From Escherichia phage vB_EcoS_PTXU06: a stretch of DNA of 45,904 nucleotides. A model generated the notes under the pieces. That model searched no databases. It saw only the letters and a list, made by a program, of their open reading frames with translations, and was not told the DNA's origin. Position numbers and translations under genes: made by a program. This document shows positions 45,606 to 45,904 of the stretch, piece after piece (position 1 is the first letter of the stretch; every line of letters starts with the position of its first letter). The stretch is from the sequence record NC_073064.1. One strand, written 5' to 3'.

Positions 45606-45790
45606 TTATGCAGTTTTATTGCATAAACTAAGCGGGACAAAAAGCGGGACAGCCAAGGGGCGGGACAAAGCGGGACAGCACCCCCGTCCCGCCCCGGATG
45701 GCGCGGCCTAGAGAGGAGCGGGACAGCGGGACAGCACCCCAGTCTTTCAGACTAGACGGGGGTCAACGGCCCCCCTCGTCTGAGACTGCA
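45606..45790. repeat. iteron cluster B: about 8 GCGGGACA boxes plus a long imperfect palindrome
   Basis: Roughly 85% identical by eye to 16967-17150, with small indels. Confidence 0.8.
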
Positions 45791-45904
45791 TAAAATCCGG
45801 GGATTGCAAAATACACGGCAGCATGATGCGAAGTGCGGTCGCGGATGAACTAGGCAACCAATGCGAGTTGTATTATGCGGAGTGAAAAACGCGGTTTGCA
45901 GATT

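Noticed and set aside
45529-45711. 60-aa ORF across iteron cluster B
   Set aside because: Same reason: it is a translation artefact of the repeat module.
1-45904. Integrase, repressor or attachment site indicating a temperate phage; tRNA genes
   Set aside because: No ORF showed tyrosine or serine recombinase motifs or a CI-like repressor, and no tRNA-like cloverleaf was recognised by eye; absence is not proven without a search.

Overview
This 45.9-kb window reads as a near-complete genome of a tailed dsDNA phage (siphovirus-type) with no integrase or repressor detected, so probably virulent. All calls are from reading the sequence and ORF track by eye; no database search or computation was run. 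Layout: a plus-strand block (102-29135) carrying small early-type ORFs, holin-like proteins and a lysozyme, an HTH-metallophosphoesterase, terminase small and large subunits, portal, head morphogenesis protein, overlapping spanins, scaffold, major capsid, head-tail proteins, major tail protein, a tail chaperone with a -1 frameshift extension, tape measure, a lambda-like tail tip set (M/L/K/I/J-like) and a side tail fiber. A minus-strand block (29162-42463) carries replication and DNA-metabolism genes: Dam-like N6-adenine methyltransferase, a C5-methyltransferase-like gene with an HNH-like ORF, SNF2-type helicase, VRR-NUC, family A DNA polymerase, SSB-like protein, and a Cas4-like nuclease. A plus-strand HTH protein and primase-helicase close the window (42867-45471). 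The most striking findings are a 1064-bp tandem duplication (32105-34232) that duplicates the methyltransferase-like gene and leaves truncated helicase and HNH fragments, two homologous GCGGGACA iteron clusters (one inside the tail operon, one beside the primase-helicase gene), and a recurring ATTGGTTGCA(T) motif at most operon boundaries. Two minus-strand cassettes sit inside the structural block as moron-like inserts.
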